Shown piece after piece: positions 37,444 through 46,792 of a DNA stretch of 64,000 nt. Position numbers and translations under genes: made by a program. The stretch is taken from IMG/VR virus record IMGVR_UViG_3300045988_065571. One strand, given 5' to 3'. The notes under the pieces are model-generated. The model saw nothing but the letters and a program-made list of their open reading frames with translations. It was not told the origin of the DNA and did no database searches. Source of the DNA: a virus. The stretch's first letter is position 1. Every line of letters starts with the position of its first letter.

Positions 37444-39149
37444 CATTTACAAGGTTAAATATACAGGGATTCTGTTCTATAGATTCCTTCAGTTTACAAT
37501 TAAACCAAGATTGTACGGTTCTTATCAAAGCTCCTAATGGTTTTGGGAAATCAACTTTACTGAATGCCTTGGTATGGGCATTATATGGGAAAAATATAAA
37601 GGGAGTATCTGAGGTAAATACTTGGAAAGAATACCAACCTAAAGATTATAAGGGAACCATGGTAGAAGTATTTTTTCAGAAAAACCAAGATTCCTATAAG
37701 GTAATCAGATGTCAAAAATTCAAAGATTACCTAGAGGATGGTGCTAAGGGAAATGATAGACTCATAATCATTAAAAATGCCGAGATTATTAATATCAAGG
37801 GTAAGAATGAATTACAGAATGCCATCAATAAAGAACTAGGATTATCCTATCTGTTATTCATGAACTCAATTATGTTCGGTCAGGGTATTAAGAGATTAAT
37901 CCAAGAATCTAATTCGGATAAGAAAAAGCTTTTTGAGGAAGTATTCGATTTAGAATACCTAAATTTAGCAAAGGGTATAGCTAATCAAGATAAGGCAGTT
38001 ATCTTAAATGAGATTAATCAATTAGAATCCGAATCTCTTTCACTAAAGAAAGAATTAGAGGCCAATAAAGAAGCTTACTTCGATTTGAGGTCAAGGGAGA
38101 AATCCTTTAAGAAAGATCTCAGAGAAAAATCTAGGAAACTAAAGGAAGAACGGAAAGACCTAACTGCGTTACTTATTGCAAAACAAAAACATATTTCAGA
38201 TGAAGTAGATGTAGCAATAGAACAAAAGGTAAGAAATCAAACCAAAGCAGTACAAGAGATAAAGAATCGAATTAAGATAAACAAGGAAACTCTAAGTACT
38301 CCCTTAAATGAACTGGTGGATGAGTCCATAGAATTAATAAAGAATAAACAATATAAGAAAGCCTTGAAAATGCTTACTCCCATCAGTAAAGCATTTAAAG
38401 AAAGGGAGGAACTTCAAAGCTTATATGAAGAATCCGTAGAGAGATTAGATGAACTAGAATTTAACTGCAGTAAGTATAAGACTCTAGTTAAAGAATGTTC
38501 CGATATTGCTTCAGATTTGGCAGATATAGACCAGGAAATAAAAGACCTTAAGAATCAGAAACTAAAGGTAATGTCTACTAAATACAAAGAAAGGTTGAAA
38601 AAGATTCGTAGGGATTTAAGAAAGGTAGATGAAGATTACCATAACCGAGAACTAGAGTTAGAGAATTATAATTGGTTGATAAATGACCCTCTTGGTAACA
38701 ATGGGATCAAGGCATATCTATTTGATTCATCCCTACATTTATTAAATCGTACTCTAGCTAGTTACTCGGAAGTATTAGGTTTTAGAATTGAGTTTAATAT
38801 AGACCTTAATTCAACTAGAAAGGATTTTGTTACCCTTATAGAAAGAGATAATCACATTATTGATTATGACGAACTATCAGGAGGTGAAAAACAAGTATGT
38901 AATCTATGTATGGCTTTCGCAATGCATGAAGCTTTGACTGCAAGTAAGGGTATTAACCTAGCATTCCTAGATGAAGTATTTGAATCCCTAAGTTCTGATA
39001 ACATAGAATTGGTAATAAACCTAATAAAACATATATTCAACGGTAAATCATTATTTTTAATAACACATCACGACTCGTTACCTTTATCAAATACTAAGAT
39101 CCTGCAAGTAGAGAAAATCAAGGGCCTTAGTTATTATAAACCACTATGA
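37437..39149 (+). CDS. SbcC/Rad50-like ATPase (gp46-like)
   Basis: Walker A APNGFGKST, long coiled coil, signature LSGGEKQ, Walker B LAFLDEVFESL. Confidence 0.85.
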   Translation: MLTFTRLNIQGFCSIDSFSLQLNQDCTVLIKAPNGFGKSTLLNALVWALYGKNIKGVSEVNTWKEYQPKDYKGTMVEVFFQKNQDSYKVIRCQKFKDYLEDGAKGNDRLIIIKNAEIINIKGKNELQNAINKELGLSYLLFMNSIMFGQGIKRLIQESNSDKKKLFEEVFDLEYLNLAKGIANQDKAVILNEINQLESESLSLKKELEANKEAYFDLRSREKSFKKDLREKSRKLKEERKDLTALLIAKQKHISDEVDVAIEQKVRNQTKAVQEIKNRIKINKETLSTPLNELVDESIELIKNKQYKKALKMLTPISKAFKEREELQSLYEESVERLDELEFNCSKYKTLVKECSDIASDLADIDQEIKDLKNQKLKVMSTKYKERLKKIRRDLRKVDEDYHNRELELENYNWLINDPLGNNGIKAYLFDSSLHLLNRTLASYSEVLGFRIEFNIDLNSTRKDFVTLIERDNHIIDYDELSGGEKQVCNLCMAFAMHEALTASKGINLAFLDEVFESLSSDNIELVINLIKHIFNGKSLFLITHHDSLPLSNTKILQVEKIKGLSYYKPL

Positions 39150-39688
39150 TCCATAAACAATACAATGAAATTATGGCAAATAGTAAAAAGAAAGGTAATC
39201 GATTTGAACTCAAAGTCTCAAAATGGTTTACGGAATGGACTTCTTTCAAATTCGGCAGAACACCCTACTCTGGTGCAAATCATCAGAGTAGGGATTTGTC
39301 TTCTGATATTATGTGTCAGGATGAAAGACATGCTCACAGATGTAAAATCTCAGTAGAATGTAAAAACTACAAGGATATCAAATTTGAGCATGTATTACTT
39401 GGTAATAAATCCTGTGATATATTAAAATTCTGGGAACAAGCAAGTAAAGATGCTAAAAGGGTAAAGAAGGTACCCATCTTATGTATGAGATACAATTCAA
39501 TGCCTGCAAATGAGTTTTTCTTTGTAGTAGATTATAAACTCGGTAGTATTATAGCTCAGTACATTACTAAGTCCATGTATATTCAAGTTCCCGGTAATAC
39601 TCTTATGGTATTCATGGCTAGTGAGGTATTAAAAGTACCATACAAGATGATTCACAAACAAGCTAAGTTAATCGTAAAAAACTCATAA
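39146..39688 (+). CDS. PD-(D/E)XK nuclease, Holliday-junction-resolvase-like
   Basis: KKGNRFELKVSKWF...SSDIMC...ISVECKNYKD gives a D...E-x-K arrangement. Follows the SbcCD-like pair. Confidence 0.45.
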   Translation: MIHKQYNEIMANSKKKGNRFELKVSKWFTEWTSFKFGRTPYSGANHQSRDLSSDIMCQDERHAHRCKISVECKNYKDIKFEHVLLGNKSCDILKFWEQASKDAKRVKKVPILCMRYNSMPANEFFFVVDYKLGSIIAQYITKSMYIQVPGNTLMVFMASEVLKVPYKMIHKQAKLIVKNS

Positions 39689-39689
39689 T

Positions 39690-40406
39690 ATGAAAAAACG
39701 TATCCCATACTCCTATGTAATCTTCTACCTAGAAAGAAAGTATTATCACCTTATCGAGAAAGAGTTAAAAGAAAAGGGATACGAAAATATCAAGGTTATT
39801 ATCCCTACTCTGGATATACTTAAGAGAACCGTAAAGGGTAAGATGGTATTTGAATCTGTTCCTATACTTTTCAATTATGGTTTTATGAGAATGCCTACAG
39901 AGAATGCTTTCTCAAGGCCTTTTTTAAATAAACTAAAACGAAATATCTCAGGTATAAGAACCTTTCTTAAATCTACTGAAACAATGCACGAAAGAAAAAA
40001 GAAGGTACGTATAGATAATGCTGAAGACTTCGATGATTTTTCATTAGTTGCAACTTGTTCTAGAAAAGATGTAAGAAGGTTCATAAGATTAGCAAAAGCA
40101 AATAAAAAATACTCTGTTGATGACCTTATGAATGTAAAACCAGGAGATTATATCGTTTTAAAAGGGTATCCCTATGAAGGTATAGATGCTACAGTATTAG
40201 ACGTAAATTACTCTAATAGAACAGTAAAAGTACTAATCTACCCAGAACATGGTAAAATGGAAGTAACTCTTGATTTTGACAGTGTTCTTTACAGTGTATA
40301 TCAGGATTCAGACCCCGATAAATTACATTGTAATAACTTTGACTATGACCCAAATTCTATTACTTCTGAAAAGATAGAAGAGAACATTAATAAAAGGAGG
40401 CGTTAA
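39690..40406 (+). CDS. NusG/RfaH/UpxY-like transcription elongation (antitermination) factor
   Basis: NGN-like N-terminus (YSYVIFYLERKYYHLIEKELKEKG...VIIPT...PILFNYGFMRM). C-terminal KOW (KPGDYIVLKGYPYEGIDATVLDVNYSNRTVKVLIYPEHGKMEVTLDFDSV). Confidence 0.65.
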   Translation: MKKRIPYSYVIFYLERKYYHLIEKELKEKGYENIKVIIPTLDILKRTVKGKMVFESVPILFNYGFMRMPTENAFSRPFLNKLKRNISGIRTFLKSTETMHERKKKVRIDNAEDFDDFSLVATCSRKDVRRFIRLAKANKKYSVDDLMNVKPGDYIVLKGYPYEGIDATVLDVNYSNRTVKVLIYPEHGKMEVTLDFDSVLYSVYQDSDPDKLHCNNFDYDPNSITSEKIEENINKRRR

Positions 40407-40407
40407 T

Positions 40408-41379
40408 ATGAATAAATACCAAAAGAAAGCATGGGACTGTTTGACTCCAACCGAGCAGCAGTCCCTTTTTCTTCAGTTATCAGAGAGTAAATCCTCTTGG
40501 GAAGCTGGAGAGATATTAAAATTATCTCATTATAAGTACCTAGAAATAAAAGAAAGATCCGAAAAGTTCTTTCGATTATTCTCGGATTTCTTTGAAATAC
40601 ATGAGTCAATATTCAGACCAGATTGCCCATGTGAAAGAAACTTCCAAGATTATATCGAGGCTTGCATAGAAAAAAGGATGAAAAGAAAAGAGGCTCTACT
40701 AAATACTGGAGATGCCTCTCAATTAGTTCCTAAGGTAAATACTCGTAATCTAGAAAGAAATATAAGAAGACTACAAGGTTCAGATAATGAATGGGATAAA
40801 CATTCTCTAGGTTTGATATTAGAATTCGATAGATGGAATAATTTTAGGATATTACCCAGGCAAGTACAGCAACCATCTGCTTTCAAAAGAAGAGCTAACA
40901 AGAAAGAAAAGATTTATATCAACTACTTATTGGAGAAAGTACCAGAATGGGTTCATACTAAACTAAGAGAAAGGTTTAAGTATAAAGTAAAACCCAGTAT
41001 AAAGAAATGGTGGGTATGTTTAATATCTGAAGATTTATATACGGATGGATATTTATTACTTCCTGTAAGACCAACAGATGAGGTAATGAGGGAATTCAGT
41101 AAATTCTATATGTATATATTCGAGGATAAGGATGATGCAGATACATTTGGATTCATGGTATCTAAATTCAATGCCAAGACCACTACTGTAAAACTAGGTC
41201 AGAAGTTTTGGCCAGAATATAGATTATGTATCGAAAAGGCTTTGAATTACAACAAGGTAAATAACATGGATTTTAATGTGAAGCAATTAGATATGGCTTA
41301 TAACACTCACATAAAACGAAAACCTAAAAAGAAACCCCAACCAGGAGCTGCTAGAGTGAAAGAAGACTCCTTCTATTGA
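40408..41379 (+). CDS. protein with N-terminal sigma-70 region-4-like HTH (putative transcription regulator)
   Basis: LTPTEQQSLFLQLSESKSSWEAGEILKLSHYKYLEIKERSEKFF matches the region-4/LuxR-type HTH pattern. The remaining 260 aa are unassigned. Confidence 0.45.
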   Translation: MNKYQKKAWDCLTPTEQQSLFLQLSESKSSWEAGEILKLSHYKYLEIKERSEKFFRLFSDFFEIHESIFRPDCPCERNFQDYIEACIEKRMKRKEALLNTGDASQLVPKVNTRNLERNIRRLQGSDNEWDKHSLGLILEFDRWNNFRILPRQVQQPSAFKRRANKKEKIYINYLLEKVPEWVHTKLRERFKYKVKPSIKKWWVCLISEDLYTDGYLLLPVRPTDEVMREFSKFYMYIFEDKDDADTFGFMVSKFNAKTTTVKLGQKFWPEYRLCIEKALNYNKVNNMDFNVKQLDMAYNTHIKRKPKKKPQPGAARVKEDSFY

Positions 41380-41380
41380 T

Positions 41381-41444
41381 CCTCAGCTAATATTAAAATA
41401 ATAAGTAGAATATTTTTATATATAATATATAAGTATTATATTTG
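41381..41444 (+). promoter_or_regulatory. early promoter cassette P41 (CCTCAGC box plus -7 TATATTTG)
   Basis: ATCCTCAGCT at 41379-41388. TATATTTGCAT with the -7 box at 41437-41444. ATG at 41484. Confidence 0.65.
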
Positions 41445-41483
41445 CATCAGAAAAGAAAATTAGACAATTTTAATATAGACAAT

Positions 41484-41762
41484 ATGAAGAATACCAACTT
41501 AGACATCCGCTTTAACAAAGCAAATAATATCATCAGCCAATTCAGTGATAGCTGGGATGATGACAAATTGATTCTATTACCTAATTTCCCAAAAATTAAG
41601 GATATGGTATCAAACCACATTACTCAAGAGAATTACTTATGGTTAATCACTTATGATTTACCTTATGATCTCTTCTACAAAATAGATAACATGGGATTAG
41701 TTCCCTATGGGCATGTAACTCATGAAGAATTAACTCAAACCTATTACAATCAAAGATTCTAA
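41484..41762 (+). CDS. hypothetical early protein
   Basis: The listed TTG start (41442) lies inside the promoter -7 box. The first ATG (MKNTNLD) is at 41484. Confidence 0.6.
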   Translation: MKNTNLDIRFNKANNIISQFSDSWDDDKLILLPNFPKIKDMVSNHITQENYLWLITYDLPYDLFYKIDNMGLVPYGHVTHEELTQTYYNQRF

Positions 41763-41766
41763 ACTT

Positions 41767-42342
41767 ATGGCAAAGAAGAAAAAAGATAAACCAGCTCCAT
41801 CAAGGGAAAAACAAAATTTCCTAGGAGCTGCCGGTAGAAACATGAAGTACAAGGATCTCAAAAGAAAGGCAGTAATCCTTGGTATGCCTTTTCCTGATGC
41901 TTGTGCTGCAGGAGTATTTGATTTAATCAAGTATATCAGTAACTCAACCAACAAACCTGATAAATCTCTAATTGACCAGTACGATGAATGGGCAGATAAA
42001 CAATTGGAAGCAATCGGTTATGATAAAACTGACCCAATCCGTAATTCAAGATTAAGATTAGGATTCTTAGGAGAAGAGGGGGAAGATGGTATTCGAAAAT
42101 TAAAAAGAGTACCAGGTATAAAGAAACCAAAAGAAAAGAAACCTCCAAGAGAAAGAGATTCTTTTAACCTTATTAAGGGTACTAAGAAATCCTACTGTTA
42201 TGAATTAACAGAAAAGGGATTTGACCAAGAGAGAGTAGTAAGGAGAATGAAAAAGAAATTCCCTGATGCTAATGAGAAATCCATTCAACTCTGGTACAGG
42301 GCTGCAAAAAGGAAATTAAATGGTAAAGCTAGCAAGGGATAA
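41767..42342 (+). CDS. lysine/arginine-rich protein
   Basis: 191 aa with basic runs MAKKKKDK and KKPKEKKPPRER. Confidence 0.6.
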   Translation: MAKKKKDKPAPSREKQNFLGAAGRNMKYKDLKRKAVILGMPFPDACAAGVFDLIKYISNSTNKPDKSLIDQYDEWADKQLEAIGYDKTDPIRNSRLRLGFLGEEGEDGIRKLKRVPGIKKPKEKKPPRERDSFNLIKGTKKSYCYELTEKGFDQERVVRRMKKKFPDANEKSIQLWYRAAKRKLNGKASKG

Positions 42343-42904
42343 TCGAAAAATATACCCAGACTTAATATATGTATGGACTTGGAGGCCTGATGAATATTGG
42401 GGATGGACCAAATACCAATATGCAACAGAAAGTAAATACCGAACTGAGAAGTTGTTATATAAAAAACATATATGTGGTTTAGGATTCTTTTCAAGATACC
42501 ATGCTAGAAGAACCATAACTCTTTTATTAGGAGTAGATGCCAATTTATATATTCATACTATCAAAGGTAAGAATCTTATAAAACAAGGCATAACTGATTT
42601 ACCTAAGAAATGTCATCAATCGATATTCTTCAAAGGTAAGCCAACTAAAATACGAAGATTTATCTTTCCTGCTGAAGCAAGAATGGATAAACATAGGAGA
42701 AGGCATTTTGTAGTAAGAATGAATAAAATTTATAAGAAACATGGAAGAAGAGCATTCAACAGGGCATACCAAATTGCATTATACGGGTATAGGGATGAAT
42801 TCTCACCTGAATATCGAAAGCAAAAGAGATTACAGGTCCATTCTGCTATCCTACAGGAGATACAACAAGCTGAGTCAAGGGGAAAAGATTCAATTCAACC
42901 TTGA
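42320..42904 (+). CDS. basic hypothetical protein
   Basis: 194-aa ORF, R/K/Y-rich. Its 3' end overlaps the next ORF by 164 nt. Confidence 0.5.
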   Translation: MVKLARDNRKIYPDLIYVWTWRPDEYWGWTKYQYATESKYRTEKLLYKKHICGLGFFSRYHARRTITLLLGVDANLYIHTIKGKNLIKQGITDLPKKCHQSIFFKGKPTKIRRFIFPAEARMDKHRRRHFVVRMNKIYKKHGRRAFNRAYQIALYGYRDEFSPEYRKQKRLQVHSAILQEIQQAESRGKDSIQP

Positions 42905-43307
42905 TTGCTTGAATCATCCTCCTAGGATTTGGCAAATAGCCCTGTTCCTTACCAAGGTATATCATATTAAGTTTAATCGTATCTTATTCAAAAAGGCCTA
43001 CGATTTCTTAGATGACTTTGGAGAAGCTTCTCTGAAATTTCAGAATCAGGTTATTATCCCAGATAAATATCTCATAAGAGAATTAAGATGGGAACTATGG
43101 AAACCTCTATCTGATTATAAAATAAGGAATAAGTATGCTTACTTCATGACCAATAGGAAACTAGATTCAGAAATTTGGGTCTACCCAATAAGATTTTCTG
43201 ATAACTATGAAACTTCGAAAAAAGGAAAATATCACTCATACACAGAAATGATGGGTAAATTGGGTTTTCCAGGTTTAACTAAAATATCATATAGCGATGA
43301 ACACTAA
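42741..43307 (+). CDS. hypothetical protein (start uncertain; +1 frame relative to upstream ORF)
   Basis: 188-aa ORF. The only in-frame ATGs (42741, 42795) lie inside the upstream ORF. Confidence 0.45.
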   Translation: MEEEHSTGHTKLHYTGIGMNSHLNIESKRDYRSILLSYRRYNKLSQGEKIQFNLDCLNHPPRIWQIALFLTKVYHIKFNRILFKKAYDFLDDFGEASLKFQNQVIIPDKYLIRELRWELWKPLSDYKIRNKYAYFMTNRKLDSEIWVYPIRFSDNYETSKKGKYHSYTEMMGKLGFPGLTKISYSDEH

Positions 43308-43521
43308 ATTAGAACAACATGGACCATATAATCCATTTGAGGGTAAATCCTTTAAGGTATTAACCTATAATCAAGTGGATCAGGTTATAAATTCTGAAGT
43401 AATTGAGATAACTTCACAAGAACAGTTCAATACCGTTCTAGAAAACATAAAACAATTTAATAATGCTCATGAATCTTTGGGACCATTCCTAAAGAAGTAT
43501 AAAAAGCTTATAACTGAGTGA
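43297..43521 (+). CDS. hypothetical protein
   Basis: 74-aa ORF overlapping the upstream stop. Confidence 0.55.
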   Translation: MNTKLEQHGPYNPFEGKSFKVLTYNQVDQVINSEVIEITSQEQFNTVLENIKQFNNAHESLGPFLKKYKKLITE

Positions 43522-43561
43522 TTAACTATATTCATTAACAAACCATTAAAATTAAACAATT

Positions 43562-44089
43562 ATGGCTAAGAAAAAAGAAACTAAGAAAGTTGAACTTAAA
43601 GAAGTATCTAGAGTAGAAATCAACGGTAACATCATCATTACTTACGAAGATGGCTCGGTAAAGATTATTCCGGCTCCCATTATGCTGACTGCTGACCAGG
43701 CATCCGAAATCTTCGGTTCAGAAGAAGATGAAGACGAAGAGGAGGAAGAATCCGATGACGATGAGGACGAAGAAGAATCGGAAGATGACGAAGATGAAGA
43801 TGATTCTGAAGAGGACGAAGAAGACGAAGAAGATGAGGACGATGATGATGATTCCGATGAAGAAGAAGATGAGGAGGAAGAAGAGGAAGAACTGACCGGT
43901 GAAGCTCTTGCCGAAATGGACTTCGAAGAATTGGAAGATGTTTGCGATGACAAAGATCTTGATACCGATCCAGATGATTTTGATGAAGAAGATATCGAAA
44001 AACTCCGTAAAGCAATTGCCAAGGAATTAGGTATCAAATTGCCCGCTAAAAAGGAAGCTAAGGGTAAAGGTAAAAAGGGTAAAAAATAA
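43562..44089 (+). CDS. hyper-acidic protein (about 60-residue D/E tract) with lysine-rich tail
   Basis: Small beta-like N-terminal domain, then SEEDEDEEEEESDDDEDEEESEDDEDEDDSEEDEEDEEDEDDDDDSDEEEDEEEEEEE, then a KKEAKGKGKKGKK end. Confidence 0.75.
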   Translation: MAKKKETKKVELKEVSRVEINGNIIITYEDGSVKIIPAPIMLTADQASEIFGSEEDEDEEEEESDDDEDEEESEDDEDEDDSEEDEEDEEDEDDDDDSDEEEDEEEEEEELTGEALAEMDFEELEDVCDDKDLDTDPDDFDEEDIEKLRKAIAKELGIKLPAKKEAKGKGKKGKK

Positions 44090-44090
44090 T

Positions 44091-44130
44091 CCCTTTACCT
44101 AGCATAAAGGGTAGGAATCATCTCCTACCC
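44091..44130 (+). terminator. two overlapping hairpins after the acidic-protein gene
   Basis: CCCTTTA/TAAAGGG (44091-44111) and GGGTAGGA/TCCTACCC (44109-44130) share GGG. No U-tract. Confidence 0.35.
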
Positions 44131-44202
44131 TAAAAATTAACTACTATTAGGTTATGTAGAAGTCACAACTTATTTATAACACATTAAAAACTTATTAAGA
44201 TT

Positions 44203-44604
44203 ATGGCAAAGAAAAAAGAAGACACCAAGAAAAAGGGTGCTAAGGAAAAAGATCCCGAAAAAGAAGCTAAACGCAAAGCTCGTATGGAAGCTATTAAAAA
44301 CCGTCCTGCAGGTCAGAGACCGAACGGTAAACAAATTGATGTTATCAAGATTTCTGATAATTCAGAAGTTCAGAACTTCGGTTATGCAATCAAAACAAAA
44401 AAAGGTGCTCAGGGAGTTTTGGTAACTTCAGTATTGGTAGTAGATGGTGCTCCAGTAAATACATCGGTTGCTTTTGTTCCCGGAGAATTGGCAATTAAGT
44501 CAAAGAAAGGACACGGTATTATCACTACTCCGAAGTCAAAGAAAGAAAAAGACACTGACGAAGAAGTAGATGAAGAAGAAACTTCTGAAGAAAACGAAGA
44601 TTAA
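44203..44604 (+). CDS. bipolar charged protein (K-rich N-terminus, acidic C-terminus)
   Basis: MAKKKEDTKKKGAKEKDPEKEAKRKAR... central beta-like core ... DTDEEVDEEETSEENED. Confidence 0.7.
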   Translation: MAKKKEDTKKKGAKEKDPEKEAKRKARMEAIKNRPAGQRPNGKQIDVIKISDNSEVQNFGYAIKTKKGAQGVLVTSVLVVDGAPVNTSVAFVPGELAIKSKKGHGIITTPKSKKEKDTDEEVDEEETSEENED

Positions 44605-44639
44605 ATTCCATAACGATTATACATTATATCAATTATCTA

Positions 44640-44673
44640 AGCCCATTGCCCACAAAGGTGATGGGCTTTTTTA
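44640..44673 (+). terminator. intrinsic terminator
   Basis: AGCCCAT/ATGGGCT stem followed by TTTTTT. Confidence 0.7.
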
Positions 44674-44685
44674 TTTTCATAACCC

Positions 44686-44892
44686 ATGACCAAAGAAGAG
44701 ATAAGAAAGAATATACAGATTATTGCACTTAATAATCTGATAGAAGATTATACTTCATATCTAGAAGTATGCAAAAATCCCCAAGAAAGGGAATTAATAG
44801 AAAACATAATATCAGAAGCTAAGGAAATGATTTTAGAATATCAATCTCAAATAAAAAGGCCCCAATGGAAAAAAGATCTTTCTCATCCTTAA
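44686..44892 (+). CDS. hypothetical protein
   Basis: 68-aa ORF after the terminator. Confidence 0.55.
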   Translation: MTKEEIRKNIQIIALNNLIEDYTSYLEVCKNPQERELIENIISEAKEMILEYQSQIKRPQWKKDLSHP

Positions 44893-45239
44893 TTTCACAG
44901 ATTGCCGAAATATACAAGGATATCAAATACTATAAATACCAAGCTCATATATCCTTGCAGCAAAATAAGATGGGTGAATATAGGAAACACCAAGCCCATA
45001 TTATGTATCAGAAAAGAAAACTTTATTCTTTATCACAAAGAGTAAAAGATATTCTTAACAACCCCGTTCTAGAAGTGAAATATATATGGGGAAATGAAAC
45101 TAAAACCAGTATTTTCTCAGGATTAACTCAAAGAGAGATATCTGATTATCTTCATACTTGTGCAATGGTAAAAGGGATTGAATTAAAAATCCTAGAAATC
45201 AAGGAAATCCATACCTTTAATTCGGATTCACTTCTATAG
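44865..45239 (+). CDS. hypothetical protein
   Basis: 124-aa ORF overlapping the upstream gene by 28 nt. Confidence 0.55.
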   Translation: MEKRSFSSLISQIAEIYKDIKYYKYQAHISLQQNKMGEYRKHQAHIMYQKRKLYSLSQRVKDILNNPVLEVKYIWGNETKTSIFSGLTQREISDYLHTCAMVKGIELKILEIKEIHTFNSDSLL

Positions 45240-45269
45240 GTAAATATAAACTCATAAATTAATAAGGAT

Positions 45270-45827
45270 ATGACAAAGAAAGTAAAACCTGCTAAAAAAG
45301 CAAAGAAACCGGCTGATAAGACTCCGGAAATCACAAAAGCTGCAAAGGCTTTGGAAAACTACCTGAAAGAAAATAACCTGGATCCTGCAAAGGATTGGTC
45401 AAAGGACAAAACTCATGGTAAGGCAGTAAAAGAACTTATGGCAAAACTTAACAAGGAAAGAGATAAAGTTGCTGCCCAATATCCTGAGAAAGACACTGCT
45501 AATCAGAAGAAGCTGGTAAAAATGAAAAAGGCTTCTGAAGATGAAAAGAAAGCTAAGAAGGAAGCTAAAGCAAAAGAGAAAAAGGAAAAAGCTAGTTCAG
45601 GTAGAACAGCAACTAAATACGATTATCCTTTGGTAGACGGAAGAGAAATGACTTCCGAAGAAAAGAAGAAATATCGTATGGCTCAGAGAAAATTGGCTGC
45701 AGGTAAAACTCCAAAAGAATCTAAGCCGAAGGAAGAACCTAAGAAGGAATCCAAAAAGGATAAGCCTTCTAAAAAAGATAAAAAGGCCAAAGATTCTAAG
45801 AAGAAAAAGGCCAAAGACGAGGATTAA
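45270..45827 (+). CDS. lysine-rich low-complexity protein
   Basis: 185 aa dominated by K/E/A (KKVKPAKKAKKPADK ... KKDKPSKKDKKAKDSKKKKAKDED). Confidence 0.7.
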   Translation: MTKKVKPAKKAKKPADKTPEITKAAKALENYLKENNLDPAKDWSKDKTHGKAVKELMAKLNKERDKVAAQYPEKDTANQKKLVKMKKASEDEKKAKKEAKAKEKKEKASSGRTATKYDYPLVDGREMTSEEKKKYRMAQRKLAAGKTPKESKPKEEPKKESKKDKPSKKDKKAKDSKKKKAKDED

Positions 45828-45867
45828 TTCCATTCTTATATTTGTTTTGTTAGTTATTAGTAGTTTT

Positions 45868-45901
45868 GGGCCTGGCAATAATCTTTGTCCAGGCCCTTTT
45901 T
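45868..45901 (+). terminator. intrinsic terminator
   Basis: 8-bp GC-rich stem GGGCCTGG/CCAGGCCC, 13-nt loop, then TTTTT. Confidence 0.75.
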
Positions 45902-45913
45902 ATCTCTAAAGTT

Positions 45914-46792
45914 ATGAAAGAAGAAAAAGAAATATTCAAACCCAAACTGCGTATCACTACACTTTCAGAAAATGGTAACCCTTTATCTGATAGATTAGTA
46001 GATGCTTGCACTGAGATGTATGCCGGTCCAAAGGTACAACATAAAGGTCCAATAAGAATAGAAGTAACCCTTGTTAATCAACAAGATATTTCTCAATTCA
46101 AAGAATACTTGGATAAATTATCTGGTAACTTACCAATCAAAGAATCTGCAGGTAGAGGAAGACCCTCTAATACTCAATCTAAAGAATTAGAATCCCCAAG
46201 AGAAGATATCCTTGCTGATGTAGAAAAGATGGTAAATGAAGGCAAAAGCCAACAAGATATTATTAAGTATCTTAGAGATCTTGGATTTGTATTCATTCTT
46301 ACAGAGGACTTTCTTTATCACTTTCCCGGATTTGAATTCGATAAGAAAGATGTTGGAGAACCTACCAACAATAAGCAATATCCCAATTCGTACTCCTGGA
46401 TGGCAAGATGTATCAAACGAGCCAAAGACCCAAAGGCCGATAAATTCGATCCGATGGTCATCTTCGGTTTTAGCATCCTTGGTGGACCATCGAAGAAAAT
46501 TGTTCCGTACCTTTATAAAGAAAGGAAGAAACCATTAAGAGCATCAGTTGGTAAATCAACCATATCCTTCTCTCAAGCAGAATTCACTAAACTACCCACA
46601 TTTATGTTGGAAGAGGAAAGGGTAAAATTCTCTACGGAACAGAGACAATTAATCCTTAATCAAGAAAAGAAGCCATCAAAATTCTTTTTGAGATGGTCTA
46701 GGGATGTATTATTGCCTAATTCAGTATATGAGAAATTGAAAGGTAGGGATGGATTAATTTTCAAGAATGACCTTATAAATGAAAAAAGATAA
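45914..46792 (+). CDS. hypothetical protein
   Basis: The listed start 45866 lies inside the terminator hairpin. ATG 45914 (MKEEKEIF) is preferred. Confidence 0.6.
   Translation: MKEEKEIFKPKLRITTLSENGNPLSDRLVDACTEMYAGPKVQHKGPIRIEVTLVNQQDISQFKEYLDKLSGNLPIKESAGRGRPSNTQSKELESPREDILADVEKMVNEGKSQQDIIKYLRDLGFVFILTEDFLYHFPGFEFDKKDVGEPTNNKQYPNSYSWMARCIKRAKDPKADKFDPMVIFGFSILGGPSKKIVPYLYKERKKPLRASVGKSTISFSQAEFTKLPTFMLEEERVKFSTEQRQLILNQEKKPSKFFLRWSRDVLLPNSVYEKLKGRDGLIFKNDLINEKR

Noticed and set aside
41442-41483. TTG start proposed by the ORF track for the 41442..41762 ORF
   Set aside because: The TTG is part of the TATATTTGCAT promoter -7 element, so it would lie upstream of or at the transcription start. 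ATG 41484 is used instead.
43642-44037. Antisense ORFs (131 aa Ser-rich, and 43680..44015, 111 aa His/Leu/Pro-rich) opposite the hyper-acidic gene
   Set aside because: They are mirror translations of the GAA/GAT/GAC repeat tract: pure low complexity, with no start context, on the opposite strand to all neighbouring genes.
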